Source: Candidatus Nanosynbacter lyticus
GTDB lineage: Bacteria > Patescibacteriota > Saccharimonadia > Saccharimonadales > Saccharimonadaceae
Direction: 5' to 3'
DNA length: 32,000 nt
NCBI RefSeq assembly: GCF_000803625.1
Contig: NZ_CP007496.1
Span: 360,001 to 392,000, forward strand
In this document: positions 24,083 through 32,000 of the stretch, one piece after another
Numbering within the stretch: the first letter of the stretch is position 1
Layout of the letters: the number at the start of each line of letters is the position of its first letter
The notes under the pieces: model-generated
Databases searched by the model: none
Seen by the model: the letters and a program-made list of their open reading frames with translations, nothing else
What the model was told of the DNA's origin: nothing
Made by a program: the position numbers and the translations under genes

Positions 24083-27000
24083 TTACGCGTCCTCCTTTAT
24101 TTCTTCTACTTCATCAATATCTTGTACACTCATACCGCTGTCAATTTCACCGATGTCGTCTGATTCGTCCAAGTATACTTCTTTCTCTTCTTCATCGTCA
24201 GTAGCTACGGTCTTATCCTCTGGGCCGCTTGAAGCGATGACATGCTCAGCGTCAACTGTTGCTTCGTCATCAACCAAGTCAACCCGAAGGCCCAAGCCTT
24301 GAAGCTCCTTAACCAACACGTTGAAGGATTCTGGCAGTTTTGGACCGACAATCGGCTCGTCCTTAATGATTGACTCGTAAGCCTTAGCACGACCGTAAAC
24401 GTCGTCGGACTTAATTGTCAACATTTCCTGCAAGGTTGCAGCGGCACCGTAGGCTTCTAGTGCCCAGACCTCCATCTCGCCGAAGCGCTGACCACCGTTT
24501 TGCGCCTTACCACCGAGCGGCTGCTGAGTCACCATGGTGTATGGACCAGTTGAGCGAGCGTGAATTTTGTCAGAAACCATGTGGTGCAACTTAATCATAT
24601 GCATCACACCGACTGTGGTACGCTCTTCAAACGCTTCACCAGTACGGCCATCGAATAGTTGCGATTTACCGTCACGTGCTAGTCCTGCTTTTTCTAGTTC
24701 ATCAGAAATTTTCTCACTTGGCACACCATTAAACGACGGGGTTGCTACGCGGTAGCCCAATGCTCGCGCCGCCATACCGAGGTGCGTCTCAAACAGCTGA
24801 CCAAGGTTCATGCGGCTTGGCACACCAAGTGGGTTCAAGATTACGTCAACTGGCGTACCATCTTCTAGGAACGGCATATCCTCAACTGGCAGAACTTTCG
24901 CTACAACGCCCTTGTTGCCAAAGCGTCCAGCCATCTTATCACCAACACCAATCTTTCGCAGTTGTGCCACAAAAATCTGGATCTGCATCAAGACGCCTGC
25001 CTTCAATTCATGGCCATTTTCACGGCTAAAAATCTTCACACCAACAACTTTACCACCGCCAGCATTGTTCATGCGCTGTGAGGTATCACGGACATCCTTA
25101 GCCTTTTCACCGAAAATAGCGCGGAGCAGGCGTTCCTCAGAACTCAGTTCTTGTTCACCCTTTGGTGTAATTTTACCAACCAAAACATCGCCCGCCTTAA
25201 CCTCAGAACCAATTTGGACAATTCCATTCTCATCCAAGTGGCGCAGACTTTCCTCAGAAACGTTTGGAATATCGCGCGTCACAATCTCCGGACCAAGCTT
25301 CGTCTCACGGACCTCAACGGTGTAATCCTTAATATTGATACTGGTCAATCGATCATCTTCAACCAAACGACGACTCATGATAATCGCGTCTTCCATGTTG
25401 TAGCCACCCCATGGCATGAAGGCTACTAATAGATTCTTACCTAGGGCAATTTCACCACCAGCAATTGAGGCGCCTTCAATCAGAATATCGCCCTTCTTCA
25501 CCTTATCACCGCGCTCAACGCGAACTTTTTGGTTGTAACAACGATCGTCATTATTCTTCACAAAGTGCTTCAGGGTGTAAATCTTTACACCGTCAGCATA
25601 TTTAACATGAATCTCGTCCGCATCAGCACGAACAACTTCACCGTTTGCCTCAGCCTGGATTAAGTGACCACTATTTTCAGCCACAGCCTTCTCAATTCCA
25701 GTACCAACAGTTGCTGACTCCGGAGTAAGAAGTGGCACAGCCTGACGTTGCATGTTTGAGCCAGTCAAGGCGCGGTCAACACGAGTCTTCTCAATGAACG
25801 GAACCAACGCTGCGGTTGAGCCCAGAATCTGACGGTGAGCTGCGTCCATGAAAGTAACTTGGCTAGCGTCAACCTGTGATGGCTGCATATTGTTACGAGC
25901 ATTAACGCGCTCATCGCGGAAAGTACCATCTTCATTCAGAACTTCACCAGCGTCAGCGATAACTTCACCGATTTCCTGTGAAGCGTCCAGATAAACAAGC
26001 TCATCGGTCACGCGACCGTCTTTGACGCGTAGATATGGAGTCTCAATAAAACCATATTCATTAACTCGAGCATAAGCTGCCAAGTTCAGCACCAAACCAA
26101 CGTTAGCACCTTCTGGTGTCTCCACTGAACAGATACGGCCGTAATGTGTTGGGTGAGCATCACGAACTTCAAATCCAGCACGCTCACGGCTCAAACCGCC
26201 AGGGCCAGTCGAACTCAAGCGTCGCTTATGGCTCAATTCTGACAATGGGTTAACCTCGTCAAGTAACTGCGACAACTGGCTTGAAGTAAAGAACTCACGC
26301 ACTGCCGCTACAATTGGACGAGCATTGATTAGCTGACTTGGGCTAACACTTTCCATATCAGCCACGCTCATGCGGTCCATGGCGTTGCGCTGCATCCTGA
26401 GCATACCAACGCGGAACTGACGGGCAATCAGCTCGCCAACCAAACGAACACGGCGATTATTCAACGCATCAATGTCATCAGCTGGCTCCTGAGTGTTGTT
26501 AAGGCGAATCACTTCACGCAAAATCGCCACCAAGTCGCTCATCTGCAACGTACGATTTTCAGTCGTATTAGCAACATCAAGACCCAAACGCTGATTGATC
26601 TTATAACGACCAACGCGGGAGTAATCAAATCGCTTGAAGTCAAAGAACATGCGTTCAATCATCTGGCGAGCATTGTCAACCGTCGCCAAATCACCTGGAC
26701 GCAAACGACGATAAACCTCAATCAAAGCCTCATTTGCACCACGCGCTGTGTCCTTGTCTAGGGTTTCCTCGATATATTTCACGTCGCCTGTGTCGATATC
26801 AGCAAACAATTCCTTAATTTCACTAGTCTTTGGATAGCCCAAAGCACGTAGCAATGTCGTTGCTGGAATCTTGCGGCGGCGATCAATCTTCACGTAAATC
26901 GTACCGTTAGAAGCCGTCTCAAACTCCATCCACGCACCACGGCCTGGAATAATCTTTGCGCCGTAATAGTTACGACCAGCCACAGTTTCAGCTGTGAAGA

Positions 27001-27439
27001 ATACACCCGCCGAACGAATCAGCTGGCTAACAACTACACGCTCAGTACCGTTAATAACAAACGTACCACGATCGGTCATCCATGGATATTCACCGAGGTA
27101 AATTTCTTGCTCCTCAACCAGACCAGTTGTCTTGTTAGTCAATTCAACCGTCGCGTGCAGCGGCGCTTCAAATGTCAAGTTATTTTCTTTAGCAAACTGG
27201 TCAGTGTTTTTTGGCTCGCCAAAATAATATTTGCCGAATTTCAATGACAACTTTTGACCAGTATAGTCGTCAATTGGATTAACTTCTGAAAATATCTCGC
27301 TCAAACCTTCTTCGACGAACCAGCGCCAAGAATCTTTTTGGTGAGCGATTAGGTTTGGCAGCGGCAGGGCGTTGTCACCAGAGGTGAAATAGACGCGCTC
27401 GCTGCTTGTGGATGGTTTTTTTGCCACAGGCGTAAACAC
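24083..27439 (-). CDS. rpoB: DNA-directed RNA polymerase subunit beta (GTG start; exact start uncertain)
   Basis: NPLSELSHKRRLSSTGPGGLSRERAGFEVRDAHPTHYGRICSVETPEG. Confidence 0.99.
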   Translation of the reverse strand: MFTPVAKKPSTSSERVYFTSGDNALPLPNLIAHQKDSWRWFVEEGLSEIFSEVNPIDDYTGQKLSLKFGKYYFGEPKNTDQFAKENNLTFEAPLHATVELTNKTTGLVEEQEIYLGEYPWMTDRGTFVINGTERVVVSQLIRSAGVFFTAETVAGRNYYGAKIIPGRGAWMEFETASNGTIYVKIDRRRKIPATTLLRALGYPKTSEIKELFADIDTGDVKYIEETLDKDTARGANEALIEVYRRLRPGDLATVDNARQMIERMFFDFKRFDYSRVGRYKINQRLGLDVANTTENRTLQMSDLVAILREVIRLNNTQEPADDIDALNNRRVRLVGELIARQFRVGMLRMQRNAMDRMSVADMESVSPSQLINARPIVAAVREFFTSSQLSQLLDEVNPLSELSHKRRLSSTGPGGLSRERAGFEVRDAHPTHYGRICSVETPEGANVGLVLNLAAYARVNEYGFIETPYLRVKDGRVTDELVYLDASQEIGEVIADAGEVLNEDGTFRDERVNARNNMQPSQVDASQVTFMDAAHRQILGSTAALVPFIEKTRVDRALTGSNMQRQAVPLLTPESATVGTGIEKAVAENSGHLIQAEANGEVVRADADEIHVKYADGVKIYTLKHFVKNNDDRCYNQKVRVERGDKVKKGDILIEGASIAGGEIALGKNLLVAFMPWGGYNMEDAIIMSRRLVEDDRLTSINIKDYTVEVRETKLGPEIVTRDIPNVSEESLRHLDENGIVQIGSEVKAGDVLVGKITPKGEQELSSEERLLRAIFGEKAKDVRDTSQRMNNAGGGKVVGVKIFSRENGHELKAGVLMQIQIFVAQLRKIGVGDKMAGRFGNKGVVAKVLPVEDMPFLEDGTPVDVILNPLGVPSRMNLGQLFETHLGMAARALGYRVATPSFNGVPSEKISDELEKAGLARDGKSQLFDGRTGEAFEERTTVGVMHMIKLHHMVSDKIHARSTGPYTMVTQQPLGGKAQNGGQRFGEMEVWALEAYGAAATLQEMLTIKSDDVYGRAKAYESIIKDEPIVGPKLPESFNVLVKELQGLGLRVDLVDDEATVDAEHVIASSGPEDKTVATDDEEEKEVYLDESDDIGEIDSGMSVQDIDEVEEIKEDA

Positions 27440-27550
27440 TCCTCGCTTTATTTAGTGGTTGATAGACGGCCGTGAAGATCCCTAATTCATAGCCTAAAAT
27501 CACGATTTGCCCGCTCGCAATTTTCACCCGCCATGAATACACTACTTCTC

Positions 27551-27579
27551 TAAATAATCATTATGACGAAAAATGTCAA
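27551..27579 (-). promoter_or_regulatory. predicted rpoB promoter TTGACA-17-TATTTA
   Basis: Reverse complement TTGACATTTTTCGTCATAATGATTATTTA; ~105-nt leader. Confidence 0.6.
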
Positions 27580-27606
27580 TAAAATCAAGGGGTTTGCATA
27601 ACTATC

Positions 27607-28335
27607 CTAAGCGGCATTCGGCAATTCTTCCTCAATAGATCCCATACGAACAGGAACTGGATTGCCGAGCGGACCTCTTAGATTACCCAGCAAGGAGAGG
27701 GCGGCACCCCCCAATCCCGCAAGCACGCGAGCAGTCTGAGGAACATCAAACTCTACATCATGACGAAAATACAAACCAGCTAATCTACCCACAACGCCAA
27801 ACGAGCCCACCTCTCCACCATGCTTTTCATACGTACGAGGATTAACACGCCTTACAGCATCAGCAAATCTCTCATCGGCATCAGTAGAGGCGTAAGCGCA
27901 AAGCTTAGTGACTCTGCTTCTCATGGATTGACCAAAGTCCTTTCGTGCCTGATCTACCATACTCTGGAGATAGTCTGGCCAAGCCTTCTCAGCATCATCA
28001 CTCGCGCCAAAAATCTCCATATACATAGGCCTACCCGCTTGATTATCACCATATTGCGGAGCAACTCTACCCCTTTTAATAGTCACTCTCGCAGCAGCCA
28101 GTAAAGCGCCGCTACCGAGCCTTTTTACTACATAAATTCCAGAATCCCGCCTACGCACCTCACGCCGTAAATTGTCTGGGCTATTTATATCACAAACGGC
28201 ACGTGTTAAGTCGGGATTTGTCTGCCCTTCGCCTATAAGATTCCCCGCTCTTAACCATATATCACGGATAGACTCCGCACATTCATCATCAATTTCATCC
28301 GGCATCAGTCTGCCTATTAGTAGCTTTTCAGACAT
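27607..28335 (-). CDS. hypothetical protein (~242 aa)
   Basis: Start at ATG 28335 preceded by GGAGGAATTG; overlaps tmk 3' end by 8 nt. Confidence 0.75.
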   Translation of the reverse strand: MSEKLLIGRLMPDEIDDECAESIRDIWLRAGNLIGEGQTNPDLTRAVCDINSPDNLRREVRRRDSGIYVVKRLGSGALLAAARVTIKRGRVAPQYGDNQAGRPMYMEIFGASDDAEKAWPDYLQSMVDQARKDFGQSMRSRVTKLCAYASTDADERFADAVRRVNPRTYEKHGGEVGSFGVVGRLAGLYFRHDVEFDVPQTARVLAGLGGAALSLLGNLRGPLGNPVPVRMGSIEEELPNAA

Positions 28336-28987
28336 CAATTCCTCCATCCTCCTTAATCTCATCAATCAGCATATCATGAACTTCTTCGACATTTCCATCT
28401 GCTAAGACGACTGGAATATCGTAATCCTTAGCAATTTCCAGATAACCATCATCAACCTTTTCCTGAAAGTCCTGCCCGCGCGACTCAAAAGTGTCGGGAT
28501 TTTTCAGCTCGCCGCGCATAGCAATTCTCTCCTCACGCTTATCATGACTTAAACTTAGGATAATCATAATATCTGGATGCAAATACCTCTCATCAGTAAA
28601 AAGCTTAGTTAATCGTAAAATCTCAGACTCATCATAACCTTCACCTCGGCCCTGATAAACCAGTGTTGAAATATAGTTTCGCGCGCTCAGGACAATCTCC
28701 CCGCGCTCTAAAGCCGGCTGAATTTTTTCTCGCCACAGTTCCCGCCGCGCCGCCGAAAATAATGCCACGTTAACCGCCGCCGAACGGGCCAGATCGCCGT
28801 TCTTAATCACCTTTCGCAGCTCATCGGCTATCGGCGTTGATTTCTCTGGATCATCACTGCCAGGCTCCTCGACTACACAAACCGTCCGCCCACGCTCTCG
28901 AAAATAATTCGCCAACTTAGCCACCTGTGTTGATTTGCCCGTTCCGTCATTACCTTCAATAACAATATATTTTCCTAAACTACCCAT
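28328..28987 (-). CDS. tmk: thymidylate kinase
   Basis: MGSLGKYIVIEGNDGTGKSTQVAKLANYFRERGRTVCVVEEPGS P-loop; SD GAGGTG. Confidence 0.88.
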   Translation of the reverse strand: MGSLGKYIVIEGNDGTGKSTQVAKLANYFRERGRTVCVVEEPGSDDPEKSTPIADELRKVIKNGDLARSAAVNVALFSAARRELWREKIQPALERGEIVLSARNYISTLVYQGRGEGYDESEILRLTKLFTDERYLHPDIMIILSLSHDKREERIAMRGELKNPDTFESRGQDFQEKVDDGYLEIAKDYDIPVVLADGNVEEVHDMLIDEIKEDGGIDV

Positions 28988-28989
28988 CA

Positions 28990-29433
28990 TCACCTCGTAA
29001 TTACAATATGCGGCTTCCGTAAAAATACCAGCCATTTTTTTGTTTTGCCATCAATTCTTATCAAGTGAGTATGCTGATGTATCATCGACTTGGTTTTGCT
29101 GCCTTGGGCTCGAGCATAAATTGAATAGCCACTAGATTCAAACCTAGCAACCTGATTAATATAGTCAATCTTTTCCTCGTCCTTCAAATTTGCCAACGAA
29201 TCGACGTGCCGCTTAGGTATCACCATTAGATGGTCATTCACACCGCAGCCGTCCCAAAAATCATAGCCAAATCGATTTTTAATGATTAGGCAATGTTTCG
29301 TTTCTTCTACGACTTGACTTGTGTGCTGTTTTACCAATTGACAGAAGTCGCAACTTTCAGATTTATTACTTTTCTTATGATTATTATATTCTTTTTCTTT
29401 CGTCCGCCAACGGAACATTGAGCCAGTCATCAT
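28990..29433 (-). CDS. HIT family protein
   Basis: CDFCQLV, GVNDHLMVIPKRHV, HIT motif HQHTHLI. Confidence 0.82.
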   Translation of the reverse strand: MMTGSMFRWRTKEKEYNNHKKSNKSESCDFCQLVKQHTSQVVEETKHCLIIKNRFGYDFWDGCGVNDHLMVIPKRHVDSLANLKDEEKIDYINQVARFESSGYSIYARAQGSKTKSMIHQHTHLIRIDGKTKKWLVFLRKPHIVITR

Positions 29434-30152
29434 TATAAAATCCCCTCGCTTAGACCCGGAATTTCCATCGGTTTATGTCGATTGTCCTTAAAGGCTCGCG
29501 GCAACATCATTTCAGGTTGCCAAGTTTTTATCAATTCATCCAAATCATCAGTGTGCTGATATTTACCACTCATACCACCGCGACCACTAGCGTAACCGCC
29601 GTCAACCGGGCCAGTGTGATGAAAAATCAGCTGCCCAATGCGCTCGCCGACAGGCAGTACTACACTTTCGTGTTTATTCAAATTGTAAATCTCAAGTGTA
29701 ATCCGATTTATATAACCCGGATCAACCCAGCCCGCATCAAAACACACTGCCACGCCATTTCTACCCCACGAGCTACGACTTTTCACCTCAGCCGCTCCAC
29801 CGTGCGCCCGAATCCCCACAAACTCATGCGTATGTGCCAAAATTCGCTCACCAGGCTTTAAGACGATTATCGGATGATCTGGCGGAATATTTTGAAACTC
29901 TCGAAAGCCATGCCGCTTACACCACTCGGCATGCGGCATCGCTTTAAGAGGGCCTTTAAAGTAGCGGTCAACGTCCGCCTTATCAAATGGATTATAAACC
30001 CGCGATATCTCGTCATATTCCTGTTTATAAAAATTAAAGCCTAGCGTAAAATCTAAGCTGGCTTCTGATACGTTTTTTGGATTAAACGGCGTACAGACAA
30101 TTGTCCCATCGTCAATTGCCGCCAATATATCTTTATTTGAATACACGCTCAC
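29433..30152 (-). CDS. dcd: dCTP deaminase / dUTPase-like protein
   Basis: EVKSRSSWGRNGVAVCFDAGWVDPGYINRITLEIYN; GTG start at 30152 with SD GGGAGG. Confidence 0.85.
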   Translation of the reverse strand: MSVYSNKDILAAIDDGTIVCTPFNPKNVSEASLDFTLGFNFYKQEYDEISRVYNPFDKADVDRYFKGPLKAMPHAEWCKRHGFREFQNIPPDHPIIVLKPGERILAHTHEFVGIRAHGGAAEVKSRSSWGRNGVAVCFDAGWVDPGYINRITLEIYNLNKHESVVLPVGERIGQLIFHHTGPVDGGYASGRGGMSGKYQHTDDLDELIKTWQPEMMLPRAFKDNRHKPMEIPGLSEGIL

Positions 30153-30190
30153 TAAACACCTCCCATTGCGTGATTTTTCTACCAAATCTC

Positions 30191-30219
30191 ATTATGGCAA
30201 GTTTCCGCATTTCCATCAA
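30191..30219 (-). promoter_or_regulatory. predicted dcd promoter TTGATG-17-CATAAT with TGn extension
   Basis: Reverse complement TTGATGGAAATGCGGAAACTTGCCATAAT. Confidence 0.7.
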
Positions 30220-30241
30220 GCTTTCCGTAAATTTTACATCA

Positions 30242-30250
30242 TGATAGACT
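30242..30250 (+). promoter_or_regulatory. extended -10 TGA-TAGACT exactly 6 nt before folA ATG
   Basis: ATGATAGACTACAATTATGG; weak -35 TTTCCG at 17-nt spacing. Confidence 0.5.
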
Positions 30251-30256
30251 ACAATT

Positions 30257-30760
30257 ATGGAGAAAGCTATAATCGTTGCCTATGATAAAAATCGTGCTAT
30301 TGGACGAAACGGTGATTTGCCTTGGGGCCGGAGCTTACCAGCAGATTTGGCGCATTTTAAGAAGCTAACCAAAGGCGGCAATGTCATTATGGGCCGAAAA
30401 ACTTTTGAATCAATCGGCAGCCGTCCGCTACCAGACCGCGAGAACATCGTTATTTCCTCGCGGCCCACTGGCGTTAAGAAAGTGTTAACAGCCATGAATT
30501 TACAGAGCGCCTTAGCTTTGTCACGCTACCCGACTTTCATTATCGGCGGCTCGCAGGTTTATAAAGATGCACTAGACACCCCAGAAATTGATACTATTTA
30601 CACCACTGAGGTGGACGCTGCATTTTCAGACGCTGACACCTTTTTCCCAGAGATAGACATGACCGTTTGGGAAGAGGTTGACCGTGTCTACCACCCAGCA
30701 GATGAAGCCAATGCCTACGCTTTTGACTTTGTGATCTACCGGCGAAAACCCGCGGCATGA
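30257..30760 (+). CDS. folA: dihydrofolate reductase
   Basis: IIVAYDKNRAIGRNGDLPWG...NVIMGRKTFESIGSRPLPDREN...FIIGGSQVY. Confidence 0.95.
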   Translation: MEKAIIVAYDKNRAIGRNGDLPWGRSLPADLAHFKKLTKGGNVIMGRKTFESIGSRPLPDRENIVISSRPTGVKKVLTAMNLQSALALSRYPTFIIGGSQVYKDALDTPEIDTIYTTEVDAAFSDADTFFPEIDMTVWEEVDRVYHPADEANAYAFDFVIYRRKPAA

Positions 30761-30765
30761 CAGTT

Positions 30766-31704
30766 TTACACCGCAATCGGCGCCTTAATCGGCGGGTGAT
30801 GCTCGTAGTCCTCCAGGCGGATATCGTCAATGGTGAAGTAATCAATATTCTTAACATCTGGATTCAGCCACAGCTTTGGCAGCGGCAGCGGACGGCGCGA
30901 CAATTGCTCATCGACCTGCGCGCTGTGATTATTATAAATATGCGCACTATTTAGCGTATGGATGAATTCGCCAGGCTGTTTATCAGTTACTTGAGCGATC
31001 ATCGACAGTAGCAGAGCGTAACTGGCGATATTAAACGGTACGCCGAGGAACATGTCCGCCGAACGCTGGGTTAACGCCAGATCCAGCTTATCCTTCTCAC
31101 CGTTTCTGCCTGGCCGCACATTAAATTGGAACATAGTATGACATGGCGGCAGTCCGCCCGACCGCACAATGTCGTCAATTTCCGCCACGTTCCAGGCGCT
31201 GACAATGTTGCGCCGCGACGTCGGATTATGTTTTATCATGTCGATGGCGTTTTGGATTTGGTCAATCGTCCTGCCCTTGCCGTCCGGCCATTTCCGCCAC
31301 TGCACGCCGTAGACTGGTCCCAAGTTACCCCACTTCTCAGCAAACGCGTGATCCGTCGCAATCTTATCAATAAATCCCTTCATTCCAGCGCGCCACTCGT
31401 CGCCGTTAATTTCTGGTATTTTCTGACCAGTTTTTTCTAGGTAATTTTTATATGGCCACTCATCCCAAATATGAACGCCGTTTTGCGCCAAATATTCAAT
31501 ATTGCCCGTACCCTTAAGAAACCATAAAAGCTCATGAGCGACGCTTTTGAAATATAACTTCTTCGTGGTCATAGCCGGAAATCCGTCCGCCAAATCATAC
31601 CGCGTCTGCACGCCAAACACTTCCGTAGTACCCGTGCCAGTGCGGTCGCCTTTTTTTACGCCGCTGTCACGGACATGCTGTAACGCGTCTAAATATTGCC
31701 TCAT
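30766..31704 (-). CDS. thyA: thymidylate synthase
   Basis: [35 protein letters not shown] (catalytic Cys); start at ATG 31704 with SD AGGAGG. Confidence 0.97.
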   Translation of the reverse strand: MRQYLDALQHVRDSGVKKGDRTGTGTTEVFGVQTRYDLADGFPAMTTKKLYFKSVAHELLWFLKGTGNIEYLAQNGVHIWDEWPYKNYLEKTGQKIPEINGDEWRAGMKGFIDKIATDHAFAEKWGNLGPVYGVQWRKWPDGKGRTIDQIQNAIDMIKHNPTSRRNIVSAWNVAEIDDIVRSGGLPPCHTMFQFNVRPGRNGEKDKLDLALTQRSADMFLGVPFNIASYALLLSMIAQVTDKQPGEFIHTLNSAHIYNNHSAQVDEQLSRRPLPLPKLWLNPDVKNIDYFTIDDIRLEDYEHHPPIKAPIAV

Positions 31705-31726
31705 ACCTCCTCCTTGCCTTTTCTCA

Positions 31727-31755
31727 ATTATGACAATACGCGAGCATAACCGCAA
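31727..31755 (-). promoter_or_regulatory. predicted thyA promoter TTGCGG-17-CATAAT with TGn extension
   Basis: Reverse complement TTGCGGTTATGCTCGCGTATTGTCATAAT. Confidence 0.55.
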
Positions 31756-31788
31756 GCAAAACCAGCGGTATTTTTGACAACAAAAAGA

Positions 31789-32000
31789 CTATGATAGCTT
31801 ACTTAAAACCTTATCAACCAACCCGTACTTTACCGCTTCCTGAGGACTCATCCAGTAGTCGCGTTCCATGTCGGTTTTGACTTTAGCGAGTTTCTGGCCG
31901 GTGTTTTTGGCCATGATTTTCGCCAGCATCTCCTTCACTTCCAGCGTTTCTTTCAGGTCAATTTCCATGTCGGTCACCTTGCCGCGCGTGCCAGAGGAAG
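31789..32000 (-). CDS. clpP: ATP-dependent Clp protease proteolytic subunit (C-terminal end, runs off window)
   Basis: SSGTRGKVTDMEIDLKETLEVKEMLAKIMAKNTGQKLAKVKTDMERDYWMSPQEAVKYGLVDKVL. Confidence 0.92.
   Translation of the reverse strand, partial: SSGTRGKVTDMEIDLKETLEVKEMLAKIMAKNTGQKLAKVKTDMERDYWMSPQEAVKYGLVDKVLSKLS

Noticed and set aside
26220-26330. RpoB rifampicin-pocket substitutions (SQLLDEVNPLSELSHKRRLSS)
   Set aside because: The key Asp, Ser, His, Arg and Ser positions are conserved; remaining differences look like ordinary lineage variation, so no resistance claim is made.
1-32000. Alternative genetic code (UGA = Gly)
   Set aside because: TGA acts as a normal stop for ldh, folA and others, and conserved proteins read through without in-frame TGA; standard bacterial code fits.
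1-32000. tRNA genes, CRISPR arrays, IS elements, phage genes or defence systems
   Set aside because: No cloverleaf/T-loop, repeat-spacer pattern, transposase, integrase or known defence domain seen in the sequence or ORF track.

Overview
The window reads as ordinary chromosomal DNA of a small-genome bacterium. I infer Saccharibacteria/TM7 or a close relative, but sequence alone does not prove this. Most genes are on the minus strand. Read 27.4 kb -> 1, the conserved order rpoB-rpoC-rpsL-rpsG-fusA-tuf-rpsJ-rplC-rplD-rplW-rplB is retained. It is interrupted by unrelated genes: yajQ, a membrane-anchored HtrA-like protease, a plus-strand glgB/membrane protein/ThrE-like/HD block, two unknown ORFs, tgt, a lipoprotein, ldh and a small membrane protein. 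The 27.6-32 kb part holds an unknown ORF and a dTMP/nucleotide set (tmk, HIT, dcd, folA, thyA), plus the C-terminal end of clpP. I saw no mobile element, CRISPR array, tRNA or rRNA. The most interesting signals are regulatory: (1) a recurring extended -10 (TGn-TATAAT-like), in two cases with the TG supplied by the upstream gene's TGA stop; (2) several genes whose -10 box ends 6-7 nt before the start codon, suggesting leaderless mRNAs, including an overlapping divergent pair; (3) a perfect 8-bp pairing that would sequester the rplC Shine-Dalgarno; (4) a ~200-nt rpsL leader; (5) a perfect 12-bp hairpin near a predicted 5' mRNA end. At protein level, S12 has proline where the streptomycin-related lysine is normally found. 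I found no clearly new defence or mobile system.
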